Shown: positions 1 to 8,933 of the stretch, piece after piece | Layout of the letters: every line of letters starts with the position of its first letter | Position numbering within the stretch: position 1 is the first letter of the stretch | Assembly: GCA_023267045.1 (NCBI GenBank) | Contig: JAHFOB010000001.1 | Location: forward strand, 9,593-73,592 | DNA from: Candidatus Zambryskiibacteriota bacterium | GTDB taxonomy: Bacteria > Patescibacteriota > Minisyncoccia > Phycocordibacterales > DATDWN01 | DNA length: 64,000 nt | Direction of reading: 5' to 3' | Notes under the pieces: model-generated | The model's input: only the letters and a program-made list of their open reading frames with translations | Database searches by the model: none | Told to the model about the DNA's origin: nothing | Translations under genes and position numbers: made by a program

Positions 1-260
1 TAACATACAAAAACGAAGTTATAAAGTCATCTCGTCAGCAGTTTGCAAGACCACGAGCTCAAGTTGAAAAAGAAATAGTTGATTGGCATGGTCCGAGTGA
101 AACAAAAGAAGCCAAAGCACCGTCGGATTTCAGATCTTCTGAACCGAGGAGATTTCAGGAAACAAGATCAAATGATAACAACGGTAGCAGAAGAGAAGTT
201 CCAAGAGAGCCGAGACAAACGGAAAATTTTCAAAAACCAGATCAGACCAAGCAGGTTTTT

Positions 261-650
261 ATGAAAGCGGCCGAGGAACTTCGTACAAAAGAAAAGTTTC
301 AGACAGAACAAAATAAACTGAAACCACAAGAGACAGTCACTTTACCTCATCAAAGAATTGAGAAAGATAAAAAAACTGTGACAAAAGAGAATATGTCGGA
401 TTTAAAGAGCGCTCTGTCTAGTGTGATAAGTAAACAGCCAAAACCAGAAGTTAAGCCAGAGATTAAACAGGAAGAGAAAAAGACTGAAAAAACGGCAGAG
501 AAAAAGCAAGAATCACATCAAGAAGTTCCAGAAAATGTTCTGAGAGATTTGCTCAAAATGGACCCCGTAGTAGATTCTGGCATTGCTCCAGAGGAGCGGG
601 CAAAGCCCAATGCCAGAATTCACTACAGGGTGGATGATACTAGTAAATGA
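261..650 (+). CDS. Hypothetical Lys/Glu-rich low-complexity protein. It may be the C-terminal part of a gene that starts upstream of the window.
   Basis: ORF in the track. The composition is highly charged and repetitive, with no recognisable domain. Confidence 0.25.
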   Translation: MKAAEELRTKEKFQTEQNKLKPQETVTLPHQRIEKDKKTVTKENMSDLKSALSSVISKQPKPEVKPEIKQEEKKTEKTAEKKQESHQEVPENVLRDLLKMDPVVDSGIAPEERAKPNARIHYRVDDTSK

Positions 651-660
651 CCAAATCCCA

Positions 661-1836
661 ATGACCAATGACCAAAGAAGGAGAATTCTGATTTTTTCAA
701 CCGCCTATTATCCTTTCGTCGGAGGAGCAGAAGTAGCAGTCAAAGAAATAACTGACAGATTGGTAGGGAGTTTTGATTTTGACTTGATTACAGCTAGATT
801 TGAAAAAAAACTTCCACCTGTTGAAAAGGTTGGAAATGTTACTGTTTATAGAATAGGTTCTGGAAAGCCAAAACTAGATAAAATATTTCTGCCTTTTAGA
901 GGTGCAGTTTTAGCTTCAAAGTTGAATAAGACACATAATTATTTTTGTTTTTGGGGGATTATGGCCACTTTTGCTAGTGGAGCTGGATATATTTACAACA
1001 TTTTTAGAACCTTGAACGGAAAGAAAAAAATTCCAATGGTTTTAACTTTGCAGGAAGGTGATTCTGAAAATCACCTCCAATACAAATGGCTTGGACTCAT
1101 TTCGCTTTCATGGAAGCTAGCCCTACGACAAACAGATTTGCTTACAGGTATTAGCAATTTTTTATTACATAGAGCTGAGAAAAATGGGTATAAAGGAAAA
1201 TCTTTTCTAATACCAAACGGAGTTGATTTTTCTTTATTTTCTAAAGAAATTTCTGATCAGGATAAATTATCATTAAAAAATCGTCTTGGTAAAAAAGAGG
1301 AAGATATATTTTTGGTCACGGTTGGAAGATTGGTTCATAAAAATGGCGTGGATGATATTATTTCGGCTACTGCATTATTACCAGAAAACATAAGCCTCTT
1401 AGTTATTGGCAAAGGTGACTTGGGTCATAATCTTCAAAAACAAGCTGATAGTTTGGGTCTTGGAAATAGAGTAAAATTTCTCGGTTTTGTTCCTTATTCT
1501 GAATTGCCAAAATACCTCTCGGTTTGTGATATATTCGTTAGGCCGTCGCGTTCAGAGGGCTTCGGTAACTCGTTTATAGAGGCCATGGCAGCCAAAATAC
1601 CGGTTATAGCCACTCCTGTTGGCGGTATTGTAGACTTTATAGATGATAGGGGTACAGGCCTATTTTGCTCCCCAGACAACCCCCAGAGCATAGTATCAGC
1701 TATAAAGGCTATATTGGAGGGCAATAGCCTAAGGGATTCTATGGTCCAGAATGCCTACAATAGGGTTAAGGGGAGCTACACATGGGATAATATAGCTCCA
1801 GAAATGAAGCAGGTTTTCAATCAAATAGAACAATGA
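661..1836 (+). CDS. Glycosyltransferase family 4 (GT-B fold)
   Basis: Translation beginning MTNDQRRRILIFSTAYYPFVGGAEV is GT4 N-terminal-like. The C-terminal half carries the RPSRSEGFGNSFIEAMAAKIPVIATPVGG nucleotide-sugar-binding motif typical of GT1/GT4. An in-frame ATG at 661 gives a more plausible start than the track start at 583. Confidence 0.7.
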   Translation: MTNDQRRRILIFSTAYYPFVGGAEVAVKEITDRLVGSFDFDLITARFEKKLPPVEKVGNVTVYRIGSGKPKLDKIFLPFRGAVLASKLNKTHNYFCFWGIMATFASGAGYIYNIFRTLNGKKKIPMVLTLQEGDSENHLQYKWLGLISLSWKLALRQTDLLTGISNFLLHRAEKNGYKGKSFLIPNGVDFSLFSKEISDQDKLSLKNRLGKKEEDIFLVTVGRLVHKNGVDDIISATALLPENISLLVIGKGDLGHNLQKQADSLGLGNRVKFLGFVPYSELPKYLSVCDIFVRPSRSEGFGNSFIEAMAAKIPVIATPVGGIVDFIDDRGTGLFCSPDNPQSIVSAIKAILEGNSLRDSMVQNAYNRVKGSYTWDNIAPEMKQVFNQIEQ

Positions 1837-2840
1837 AGATTCTTATATCTACAGGTATATATCCACCAAAAATTGGAGGTCCAGCAGAATATAGCAAGAA
1901 CTTAAAAAGTCAGTTTATAACATCTGGACACAAGGTTTTTATTGCTACGTATTCTTTGGAAAATTATTTACCGACCGGCTTAAGACATCTTTATTTTTTC
2001 ATAAAAATAATGCCGAAAGTTTTACGTTCGGATTTCGTTTTAATAATGGATACATTTTCAGTTGGTTTGCCGACGGTTTTGGCTTGCAAACTTTTTGGTA
2101 AAAAATCGATCATTCGTACCGGCGGAGATTTTTTGTGGGAGGGGTTCGTTGAAAGAACGGGTAAAAAAGTATTACTTCGTGATTTTTATGAAAAAGAGAT
2201 AAATAATTTTTCTGCAAAAGAAAGAATTATTTTTAGGTTAACCAAATGGACACTTAAAAATACTTCTAAAATTGTTTTTTCAACACAGTGGCAAAGAGAG
2301 ATTTTTAAAAAACCATATGATCTTGAAATGGGACATACAGAAATAATAGAAAATTTCTACGGGTCTAAAGAGGGAGATTTTCAGCCAAAAGAAAAAGATT
2401 TCGTCGCTTCAACACGCAGACTTGTTTGGAAAAATACAGATCTTCTGAAAGAGGTTTTTCAAAAAATTAAGTCTAGAAATAATGAAGTTTCTCTTTTCTC
2501 TGCAAATTTGCCATTTGCAGAATTTATGGAGAAAATTAAAAACTGTTACGCTGTTATACAAGTTTCTTTAGGTGATATCAGTCCTAACATGATACTGGAT
2601 GCTATACGATATAACAGACCTTTCATTTGTACTAAAGAAGTTGGAATATACGATAGGATTGGAGATGTTGGTATTTTTGTTGATCCACTTAACGAAAAGC
2701 AGATAGAAGAGGCCGTCTTGAAATTATTAGATAAAAATGAATATGAAAAGGCTAAAGAAAAAGTAAAACAGTTTTCTTTTGTTCACACATGGCAAAGTAT
2801 TGCTACAGAATTTATGGGTGTTTATAACAAAATAAAATGA
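1833..2840 (+). CDS. Glycosyltransferase-like protein (GT-B-like N-terminal domain)
   Basis: N-terminus MKILISTGIYPPKIGGPAEY resembles a GT4 N-domain, but the C-terminal E-x7-E motif is not obvious. The gene sits in an operon, with ATGA stop/start overlaps to both neighbours. Confidence 0.45.
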   Translation: MKILISTGIYPPKIGGPAEYSKNLKSQFITSGHKVFIATYSLENYLPTGLRHLYFFIKIMPKVLRSDFVLIMDTFSVGLPTVLACKLFGKKSIIRTGGDFLWEGFVERTGKKVLLRDFYEKEINNFSAKERIIFRLTKWTLKNTSKIVFSTQWQREIFKKPYDLEMGHTEIIENFYGSKEGDFQPKEKDFVASTRRLVWKNTDLLKEVFQKIKSRNNEVSLFSANLPFAEFMEKIKNCYAVIQVSLGDISPNMILDAIRYNRPFICTKEVGIYDRIGDVGIFVDPLNEKQIEEAVLKLLDKNEYEKAKEKVKQFSFVHTWQSIATEFMGVYNKIK

Positions 2841-2841
2841 A

Positions 2842-2940
2842 TCCCGTTAGAGTTTTACTAAATTTGATTAGAGTAATAATTATATTAGAAAATCAGTGTA
2901 TAATAATTGGTATTAGAAAATAATGAAAAACTCTAACGGG
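2842..2940 (+). mobile_element. 99-bp miniature element bounded by inverted repeats TCCCGTTAGAGTTTTAC / GAAAAACTCTAACGGG, flanked by a 5-bp direct repeat ATGAA (copy 1)
   Basis: Read directly: the left arm (2842-2858) and right arm (2925-2940) are reverse complements. ATGAA lies at 2837-2841 and again at 2941-2945. The spacer holds an extended -10 box TGTATAAT (2897-2904) oriented toward the downstream gene. The original ATGA stop/start junction of the two flanking GT genes appears to have been split by the insertion. Confidence 0.6.
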
Positions 2941-4056
2941 ATGAAAGTACTTTCTATAAGCACAGACAGAAAATTGTTTGAAGAAGGAAGCGCTGTTTTA
3001 GAGCGTTCAAAAGATTATGCTTCCAAAATGGAGAAATTGCACATAATAGTTTTTTCCTTAAAAAGTCATAATTTAAAATTTAAAGAAGAAGGGAATTTGT
3101 ACATTTATCCAACAAATTCTTTGTCGAGATGGTTTTATGTGATGGATGCAGTGAAAATAGGAAAAAGTATTTTAAATAAAAGTTTTGTTATTTCCACCCA
3201 AGATCCATTTGAGACTGGTTTAGTCGGCTATAAACTTAAGAAAAAGTTTAATCTGCCACTCCAAATCCAAATACACACTGATTTCCTAAGTCCATATTTC
3301 AGAAATTCTTTCTTGAATTATATTCGTGTTTTTATTTCAAAATTTACTATTCCAAAAGCAGATTATGTTCGTGTTGTCAGTTCTTCAGTAGAAGATTCTC
3401 TAAGAAAAATCTCAACAAAAGTGAAAATTCAGATTTTGCCAGTTTTTGTTGATATTCCAAGAATAATGAATTTTCAACCAAAAAAAGATATAAAAAAAGA
3501 TTTTCCTCAATTTAAATTTAGTATTTTTATGGCTTCCCGGTTGACCAAAGAAAAGAGAATAGACACTGCACTCAAGGCTTTTAGAAAAGTAGTCGATGTC
3601 CACACAGAAGCTGGTTTGATTATTTCTGGATCAGGAAAAGAGGAAGGTAATCTAAAAAGTTTGGTAAAATCTCTAGGGCTTACAAAAAATGTTATTTTCA
3701 CTGGTTGGAATGATGGTTTGATTTCATATTATAAAACAGCAGATATTTTTCTACTTACTTCACAGTACGAGGGTTATGGTATGACTCTTGTGGAGGCTGG
3801 AGCATCGGGCTGTCCTATTGTTACGACAAAAGTTGGTCTGGCAAAAACAGATCTTTTTAAAAACGGAGCAAACTCTTTTGTCTGTTCAGTTTGGGATGTA
3901 AATTGTTTATCAGAATCTATTTTAAAACTTATTTCTAATCCCAATTTAAGACTATTGTTCAAAACAAAAATGCAGGATAGTATTAGAAATACAACTATTT
4001 CAAAAGAAGAATATGTGACAAAGTATGTCAGTTTGCTTCAGGATTTATTAAAATAA
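2941..4056 (+). CDS. Glycosyltransferase family 4
   Basis: Carries the E-x7-E motif EGYGMTLVEAGASGCPIVTT. The track start at 2923 adds MKNSNG, which is encoded by the element's right repeat; 2941 is the ATG contiguous with the gene body. Confidence 0.7.
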   Translation: MKVLSISTDRKLFEEGSAVLERSKDYASKMEKLHIIVFSLKSHNLKFKEEGNLYIYPTNSLSRWFYVMDAVKIGKSILNKSFVISTQDPFETGLVGYKLKKKFNLPLQIQIHTDFLSPYFRNSFLNYIRVFISKFTIPKADYVRVVSSSVEDSLRKISTKVKIQILPVFVDIPRIMNFQPKKDIKKDFPQFKFSIFMASRLTKEKRIDTALKAFRKVVDVHTEAGLIISGSGKEEGNLKSLVKSLGLTKNVIFTGWNDGLISYYKTADIFLLTSQYEGYGMTLVEAGASGCPIVTTKVGLAKTDLFKNGANSFVCSVWDVNCLSESILKLISNPNLRLLFKTKMQDSIRNTTISKEEYVTKYVSLLQDLLK

Positions 4057-4068
4057 CTCTGTAAATAC

Positions 4069-4917
4069 ATGAAAATAGGATTTATTGGAACTGGCTGGAT
4101 CGGTAAAAATTACGCTTTAGATTTCACAGAAAGAGGCTACGATGTTACTTCATACAGTCTTGAACCAGAATACAAAAAAAATAAAGATAAAATTTCAAAA
4201 TGTGATATTGTTTTTATTGCAGTACCAACGCCAACAACGCCAAAAGGCTTTGATGACTCAATAATAAGATCTGTTCTAGGGTTGGTCGGAAAAGGTAAAA
4301 TAGCTGTTTTGAAATCTACAATCGTCCCTGGGAAAACGAAGGAATTACAAAAAAAATTCCCAAACATAACACTCCTTTATTCTCCAGAGTTTTTGTCTGA
4401 AGCTACAGCAAAATTTGACACAAGTAATCCTTTTTCAAGTATTGTCGGGTTTTCAAAAGAAACAAAAATCCAAAAAGAAGCCTGTCAGAAAGTATTATCT
4501 ATTTTACCAAAAGCTCCTTTTTCTCTGGTATCTTCAAGTACAGAGGCAGAGATTATAAAATACACGCACAATACCAGTGGTTTTGTGCAGATCATTTTCT
4601 TTAACATGATCTATGATTTGTCTAGAAAACTTGGTTGCAACTGGAAAACTATCCACAAAGCTATAATAGCTGATCCTTTTATGTCTCATAAATATGCACA
4701 ACCTATTCATAAAAGTGGTCGTGGCGCAGGCGGGCATTGTTTCATAAAAGATTTTGAGGCTTTTCACAGACTCTACGAAAAACTTTTCTCAAATGATAAA
4801 TCCGGTTCAGCTATTTTCAGAGAAAATATAAAAAAGAACATTGAACTTTTGACAAGAACTAAGAAAGACCTGGGGCTTCTGCGCGGTGTTTATGGAGATG
4901 ATATAATTAAAAAATGA
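4069..4917 (+). CDS. Nucleotide-sugar dehydrogenase family protein (UDP-glucose/GDP-mannose dehydrogenase-like), short form
   Basis: N-terminal Rossmann signature MKIGFIGTGWIGK, the FIAVPTP motif, STIVPGKT, PEFLSEATAKFD and a catalytic-Cys-like GRGAGGHCFIKD. At 282 aa it lacks the usual C-terminal UDP-binding domain. Confidence 0.5.
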   Translation: MKIGFIGTGWIGKNYALDFTERGYDVTSYSLEPEYKKNKDKISKCDIVFIAVPTPTTPKGFDDSIIRSVLGLVGKGKIAVLKSTIVPGKTKELQKKFPNITLLYSPEFLSEATAKFDTSNPFSSIVGFSKETKIQKEACQKVLSILPKAPFSLVSSSTEAEIIKYTHNTSGFVQIIFFNMIYDLSRKLGCNWKTIHKAIIADPFMSHKYAQPIHKSGRGAGGHCFIKDFEAFHRLYEKLFSNDKSGSAIFRENIKKNIELLTRTKKDLGLLRGVYGDDIIKK

Positions 4918-5333
4918 TAGAGAGAATGATTGAAAGACTAACCAGACATGTTTTCGTGCGGTTTTTTATATCTGGTGGCACTTCTGCTATGGTGGACTTA
5001 GTTTTACTATATATCCTAAACAGCGTCGTCGGTGTTCATTATCTCTTGGCAGCAACTTTGGCTTTTATTGGGGCGTTTGGAGTTAGTTTTACTTTACACA
5101 AATACTGGACATTCAAAAGTCACGCCGAGGAAACTCATAGACAAGTTGTTATGTACCTTTTCGCTTCTCTGCTTTCTCTCGTTCTCAACACGATTTTGAT
5201 TTATGTTTTTGTCGATCGTTTTCATATACAAGTTTTACTCTCACAGATTTTTGTCGGTCTGATTATTGCTAGTTTTAGTTTTTTTCTTTCGCACAAGTTT
5301 GTTTTTAAGTATAAAGGTCAAATCTCACAATGA
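4914..5333 (+). CDS. GtrA-family small polytopic membrane protein (polyprenyl-phosphate sugar translocation associated)
   Basis: 139 aa with about four TM helices and the GtrA-like N-terminal RFFISGGTSAMVDLVLLYIL. It is positioned like Rv3789, next to the dprE1/dprE2-like pair. Confidence 0.55.
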   Translation: MIERMIERLTRHVFVRFFISGGTSAMVDLVLLYILNSVVGVHYLLAATLAFIGAFGVSFTLHKYWTFKSHAEETHRQVVMYLFASLLSLVLNTILIYVFVDRFHIQVLLSQIFVGLIIASFSFFLSHKFVFKYKGQISQ

Positions 5334-6352
5334 AACTTCTTATATTTACTCAAAAAGTAGACAAAAATGATCCAACTCTAGGCTTTTTCCATACATGGAT
5401 AAAAGAGCTTTCAAAAAAGTCGGATTCTATTGCCGTCGTTTGTCTTGGGAAAGGTCAGTATGATTTGCCTAAAAACGTTACAGTTTATTCACTAGGTAAG
5501 GAAAGTGGTTTATCGAGACTCGGTTATTTGAAAAATCTTTTCCACTATCTTTATTTGATACGAGGTTCATATGACAAAGTTTTTGTTCACATGAACGAAG
5601 AGTACGTTTTACTCTGTGGACTTTATTGGAAGATAAAAAATATTCCAGTTTATTTCTGGCGTAATCATCCTAGGGGTAGTTTGGTCACCAGAGTTTCCGT
5701 TCTACTTTCCAAAAAAGTTTTTTGTACATCAAAAGATTCTTTTACTGCAAGATTTAGGAAAACAGTTATTATGCCAGCCGGCATTGATACAACCATTTTC
5801 AAACCAATAGAGGGTGTCGTTCGCAAGAAATATTCAGTTTGTATGGTCGGTAGAGTTTCTCCGATAAAAAATATTGATCTTGCTCTGCCAGCTATAAGGA
5901 TTTTGGTCTCATGGGGTTTTCAAGTATCACTTTCAATAATTGGTCCTATTCCAAAAAATGATTTGAAATATCTTGATAGTCTGAGGGCGTACGTAAAAAA
6001 TTACAATCTATCAAATTCAATTTCATTTCTTGAGGCAGTTTCTCCGCTAGAGTTAGCAAAAGTATATAGTAGTTACGAGGTAACGCTCAATTTGACTGAT
6101 ACTGGCTCGTTTGATAAAACAATCGTTGAGGCGGCGGCTTGTGGCTCAATACCTCTGGTTTCTAACAAGTCTTTCTCACTTTTACTTCCAGAGGTTTGTA
6201 TAATAGAAAAATCACAAGAAGCCGTATCAGAGGGTATCAAGAGGCTTTTGAGTGCTCACGAACAAATAGAAATCCAAAAAAATTTAGAAACTTTTGTTAA
6301 AGCACAAAGTCTCACGGGGCTGATCGATAAACTTATTGTAGAAATGAACTAA
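5330..6352 (+). CDS. Glycosyltransferase (GT-B-like)
   Basis: 340-aa ORF translationally coupled to its neighbours in the glycosylation operon. The C-terminal region is EAAACGSIPLVSN-like. Homology is weak. Confidence 0.4.
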   Translation: MKLLIFTQKVDKNDPTLGFFHTWIKELSKKSDSIAVVCLGKGQYDLPKNVTVYSLGKESGLSRLGYLKNLFHYLYLIRGSYDKVFVHMNEEYVLLCGLYWKIKNIPVYFWRNHPRGSLVTRVSVLLSKKVFCTSKDSFTARFRKTVIMPAGIDTTIFKPIEGVVRKKYSVCMVGRVSPIKNIDLALPAIRILVSWGFQVSLSIIGPIPKNDLKYLDSLRAYVKNYNLSNSISFLEAVSPLELAKVYSSYEVTLNLTDTGSFDKTIVEAAACGSIPLVSNKSFSLLLPEVCIIEKSQEAVSEGIKRLLSAHEQIEIQKNLETFVKAQSLTGLIDKLIVEMN

Positions 6353-6358
6353 TATGTA

Positions 6359-6457
6359 TCCCGTTAGAGTTTTACAAGTTTTGAAAATGGTACAATTATA
6401 TTTAATAAATTATGGTATATTTGGTCGGGAGGTATAATAATTAAGAACTCTAACGAG
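6359..6457 (+). mobile_element. 99-bp inverted-repeat element, copy 2, flanked by 5-bp direct repeat ATGTA
   Basis: Left arm TCCCGTTAGAGTTTTAC at 6359-6375; right arm GAACTCTAACGAG at 6445-6457. ATGTA lies at 6354-6358 and at 6458-6462. A TATAAT box sits at 6433-6438. The element is exactly the same length as copy 1. Confidence 0.55.
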
Positions 6458-7177
6458 ATGTATAAAAATAAAAAAGTAAGTGTAGTAATATCCACCTATA
6501 ATGAGTCAGCAAGCATTCGTGGTGTTATAGACGATTTTTTTGCTACAGGTCTTGTTGATGAAGTTGTTGTGGTAGACAACAACGCTCTTGGAAATACAAG
6601 AGAGGAAGTTGCTAAGACAAAAGCTCGTCTTATTGTTGAAAAGAAACAGGGATTGGGTTGGGGTTTACGAAAGGGGCTTGAAGAAGTAACAGGAGATTTG
6701 ATTGCAATGGTAGATGCTGATGGATCATATTTTTCAAAGGATATTGAAAAACTTCTTGCATACAGCGATGAGTTCGATGCTGTGCTTGGAACAAGAACTT
6801 CTCGATCTGCGATTTTCTCTGGGGCATTTATGCCCTTTTCTGTACGTATTGCAAATTCAATTTGGGCAAAGTCAGTAGAGTTTTTGTATAACGGACCATT
6901 ACTGAGTGACGTAGGTTGTTTATATAAACTTTTATCGAGAAAGGCACTCAACGAAATAAAGCCATTTTTTCCTATATCTACTGGTGGACCAATTTTTTCT
7001 CTGGAGATTATACTTTGGCTTTTGCGTAAAAAAGTCAAAACTATTGAGGTGCCAGTGATTTTTAAAGAAAGAGTGGGTAAGTCGAGTTATGTTGGTGATA
7101 GCATCTACAAAACGGCAAAATGGGGGTTTAAAATGATACCTTTTATTATAAGAGATAGGTTTATTTCAGTTAGATAA
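6458..7177 (+). CDS. GT2 glycosyltransferase, polyprenyl-phosphate sugar synthase-like (DPM1/GtrB-like catalytic domain)
   Basis: VSVVISTYNE start and DAD motif (IAMVDADGSY), which are GT2 hallmarks. At 239 aa it has no membrane domain. Confidence 0.7.
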   Translation: MYKNKKVSVVISTYNESASIRGVIDDFFATGLVDEVVVVDNNALGNTREEVAKTKARLIVEKKQGLGWGLRKGLEEVTGDLIAMVDADGSYFSKDIEKLLAYSDEFDAVLGTRTSRSAIFSGAFMPFSVRIANSIWAKSVEFLYNGPLLSDVGCLYKLLSRKALNEIKPFFPISTGGPIFSLEIILWLLRKKVKTIEVPVIFKERVGKSSYVGDSIYKTAKWGFKMIPFIIRDRFISVR

Positions 7178-7235
7178 TATTTTTATCTAACTTTATCTAA
7201 ATACACAAGTATAGTATATTATTGAAACAACTACA

Positions 7236-8924
7236 GTGGAATCGATTTCTAAAAAAAAAGAATATATTGTTTTTTCGCTGTTCGTGGTACTTTTTGTGGT
7301 TTTACATCTGTGGGGTGTATCAATTCCTTATCATCAAGATGAATACAAATGGGTATTTTATACGCATCCAGAATTCACTTCTTCCAGCAGTATACCGCAT
7401 CCACCCTTAACAGAATTTATTTATACCAAACTTGGACCAATGTTTGGAGATAACAATTTTCGTTTCATTCCGTTTATTTTTGGCTTTATAAATCTGTTTC
7501 TTATATTTTGGCTTGCACAGACTATATTCAAAATTAGAAAAACTACTTTATGGGTTACAGGGCTATTTACGGTTTCATTTTTCTCTCTTCTTGCTACGCT
7601 TATGGTAGACGTAGACGGAGCTATTATGGCTTTTTTCTTTCTTCTACTGTCCATTGGTTATGTTAAAGCAAAAGAAACACAATGGAAAGATTGGAAGTGG
7701 TTCATTTTGATCCTTATTGGTGCAATCGGAGGGTTTTTGGTAAAAGTTAGTGCCATTTTGCCCATTATGGCATTTGCCATAGATTTTGCTATTGAAAAAG
7801 ATATGTTTTCTGACAGGAGAAAGGTTCTCAAGTATTCATTGTATTTTTTCCTTGGGGCAATTTTTCTTTTCTTAGTTTTGTTTTTTTCAAAGTATATTTT
7901 CCCTTTTTTTAATTTGAAATATTCTCTTTCATATTGGGGGCATTTTTTAAACTCCTCAAGTTTTTTGGACAGAGGATGGTTTCAAACATTTATACAGGTC
8001 GTCAAATCTCTCTTATATGCATCTCCTCTTCTTCTTGCTCCACTGTTTTTTATTGATAAAGATATTTGGAAAAAGACCAGAGGATTTTTCATATTTATCT
8101 TTTGTGCAACATTCTTCTACATAGTTATTTTTGATTTCTCCATTGGTGCCCTAGATCGATATTTACAGTTTATGATTATTCCTCTTTGTCTTGTCTCTGG
8201 GGCGATATATTCTAAATATTTAAATGGAAAAATAAACAAAAAATCAATCATCGTAGGTATTACCATATCCATAGGGATTTTTTGTCTACAATTTTTACAC
8301 CATTTTACACCACCCTTATATCCAAAGGCCGAGTGGCTCCACAGACTAGTTTCTTTCAAATGGAACTTTTTATATCCATTTTCTGGAGGATCTGGACCAT
8401 TACCTTTTTATATTTCGTTTGTTTTCATGGCACTTTTTTGGATTGCCTCATTTGTATTAATTATTTTGTTTTTCAAAAAAAGAAATTGGAAAAAAGAAAT
8501 ACTTATTTGTGTTTTTATCTTCGGTTTCGTATATAACGCAGTTTTTATTGAAGAATATTTGTTTGGCAAGATAAATGGTAGTGCTAGAAAATTGGTTGCG
8601 GATAGTGTTGAATTTATTAAAAACGACAATAACATTGACGCAAATAAAAAAGTTGTGGTTTACAATGACAATGGGGGTTTTAATGTTCAGCAAACAGGTA
8701 AGTACAGAAAGCGTCTATACATAGATCCGAAGTTTGGAGTAGAGTCAAAAATGGATAGCCTTAACTATTACAAAGAATTTTATATGGTGGTGGATATTCC
8801 TCACATCGACCAGAATAGTTTTTACGCTAAATATTTCAATTCTTGTAGTTCAGTTTTTACTGAAAGCTCTGGTGTTATTTTGGTTCATGTTTATGATTGT
8901 AGAAAAGCCCCAGATATAAAATAA
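7236..8924 (+). CDS. Polytopic GT-C-like membrane glycosyltransferase (GT39/ArnT/PMT-like)
   Basis: More than ten predicted TM helices. It has a first-loop acidic motif HQDEYKW, as in the DE motif of ArnT/PMT-family enzymes, and a soluble C-terminal domain. Confidence 0.45.
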   Translation: MESISKKKEYIVFSLFVVLFVVLHLWGVSIPYHQDEYKWVFYTHPEFTSSSSIPHPPLTEFIYTKLGPMFGDNNFRFIPFIFGFINLFLIFWLAQTIFKIRKTTLWVTGLFTVSFFSLLATLMVDVDGAIMAFFFLLLSIGYVKAKETQWKDWKWFILILIGAIGGFLVKVSAILPIMAFAIDFAIEKDMFSDRRKVLKYSLYFFLGAIFLFLVLFFSKYIFPFFNLKYSLSYWGHFLNSSSFLDRGWFQTFIQVVKSLLYASPLLLAPLFFIDKDIWKKTRGFFIFIFCATFFYIVIFDFSIGALDRYLQFMIIPLCLVSGAIYSKYLNGKINKKSIIVGITISIGIFCLQFLHHFTPPLYPKAEWLHRLVSFKWNFLYPFSGGSGPLPFYISFVFMALFWIASFVLIILFFKKRNWKKEILICVFIFGFVYNAVFIEEYLFGKINGSARKLVADSVEFIKNDNNIDANKKVVVYNDNGGFNVQQTGKYRKRLYIDPKFGVESKMDSLNYYKEFYMVVDIPHIDQNSFYAKYFNSCSSVFTESSGVILVHVYDCRKAPDIK

Positions 8925-8933
8925 TGTAATTAT

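Noticed and set aside
79-264. 61-aa ORF at the window start
   Set aside because: Basic low-complexity product in a different frame from the adjacent Lys/Glu-rich ORF, with no recognisable signals.
6496-7038. 180-aa antisense ORF inside the GT2 gene, and many other 60-130-aa ORFs nested in or opposite secA, copA, valS and glycosyltransferase genes
   Set aside because: They overlap strong, domain-bearing genes on the other strand or frame, have low-complexity products, and no start context. They are typical spurious ORFs in AT-rich DNA.
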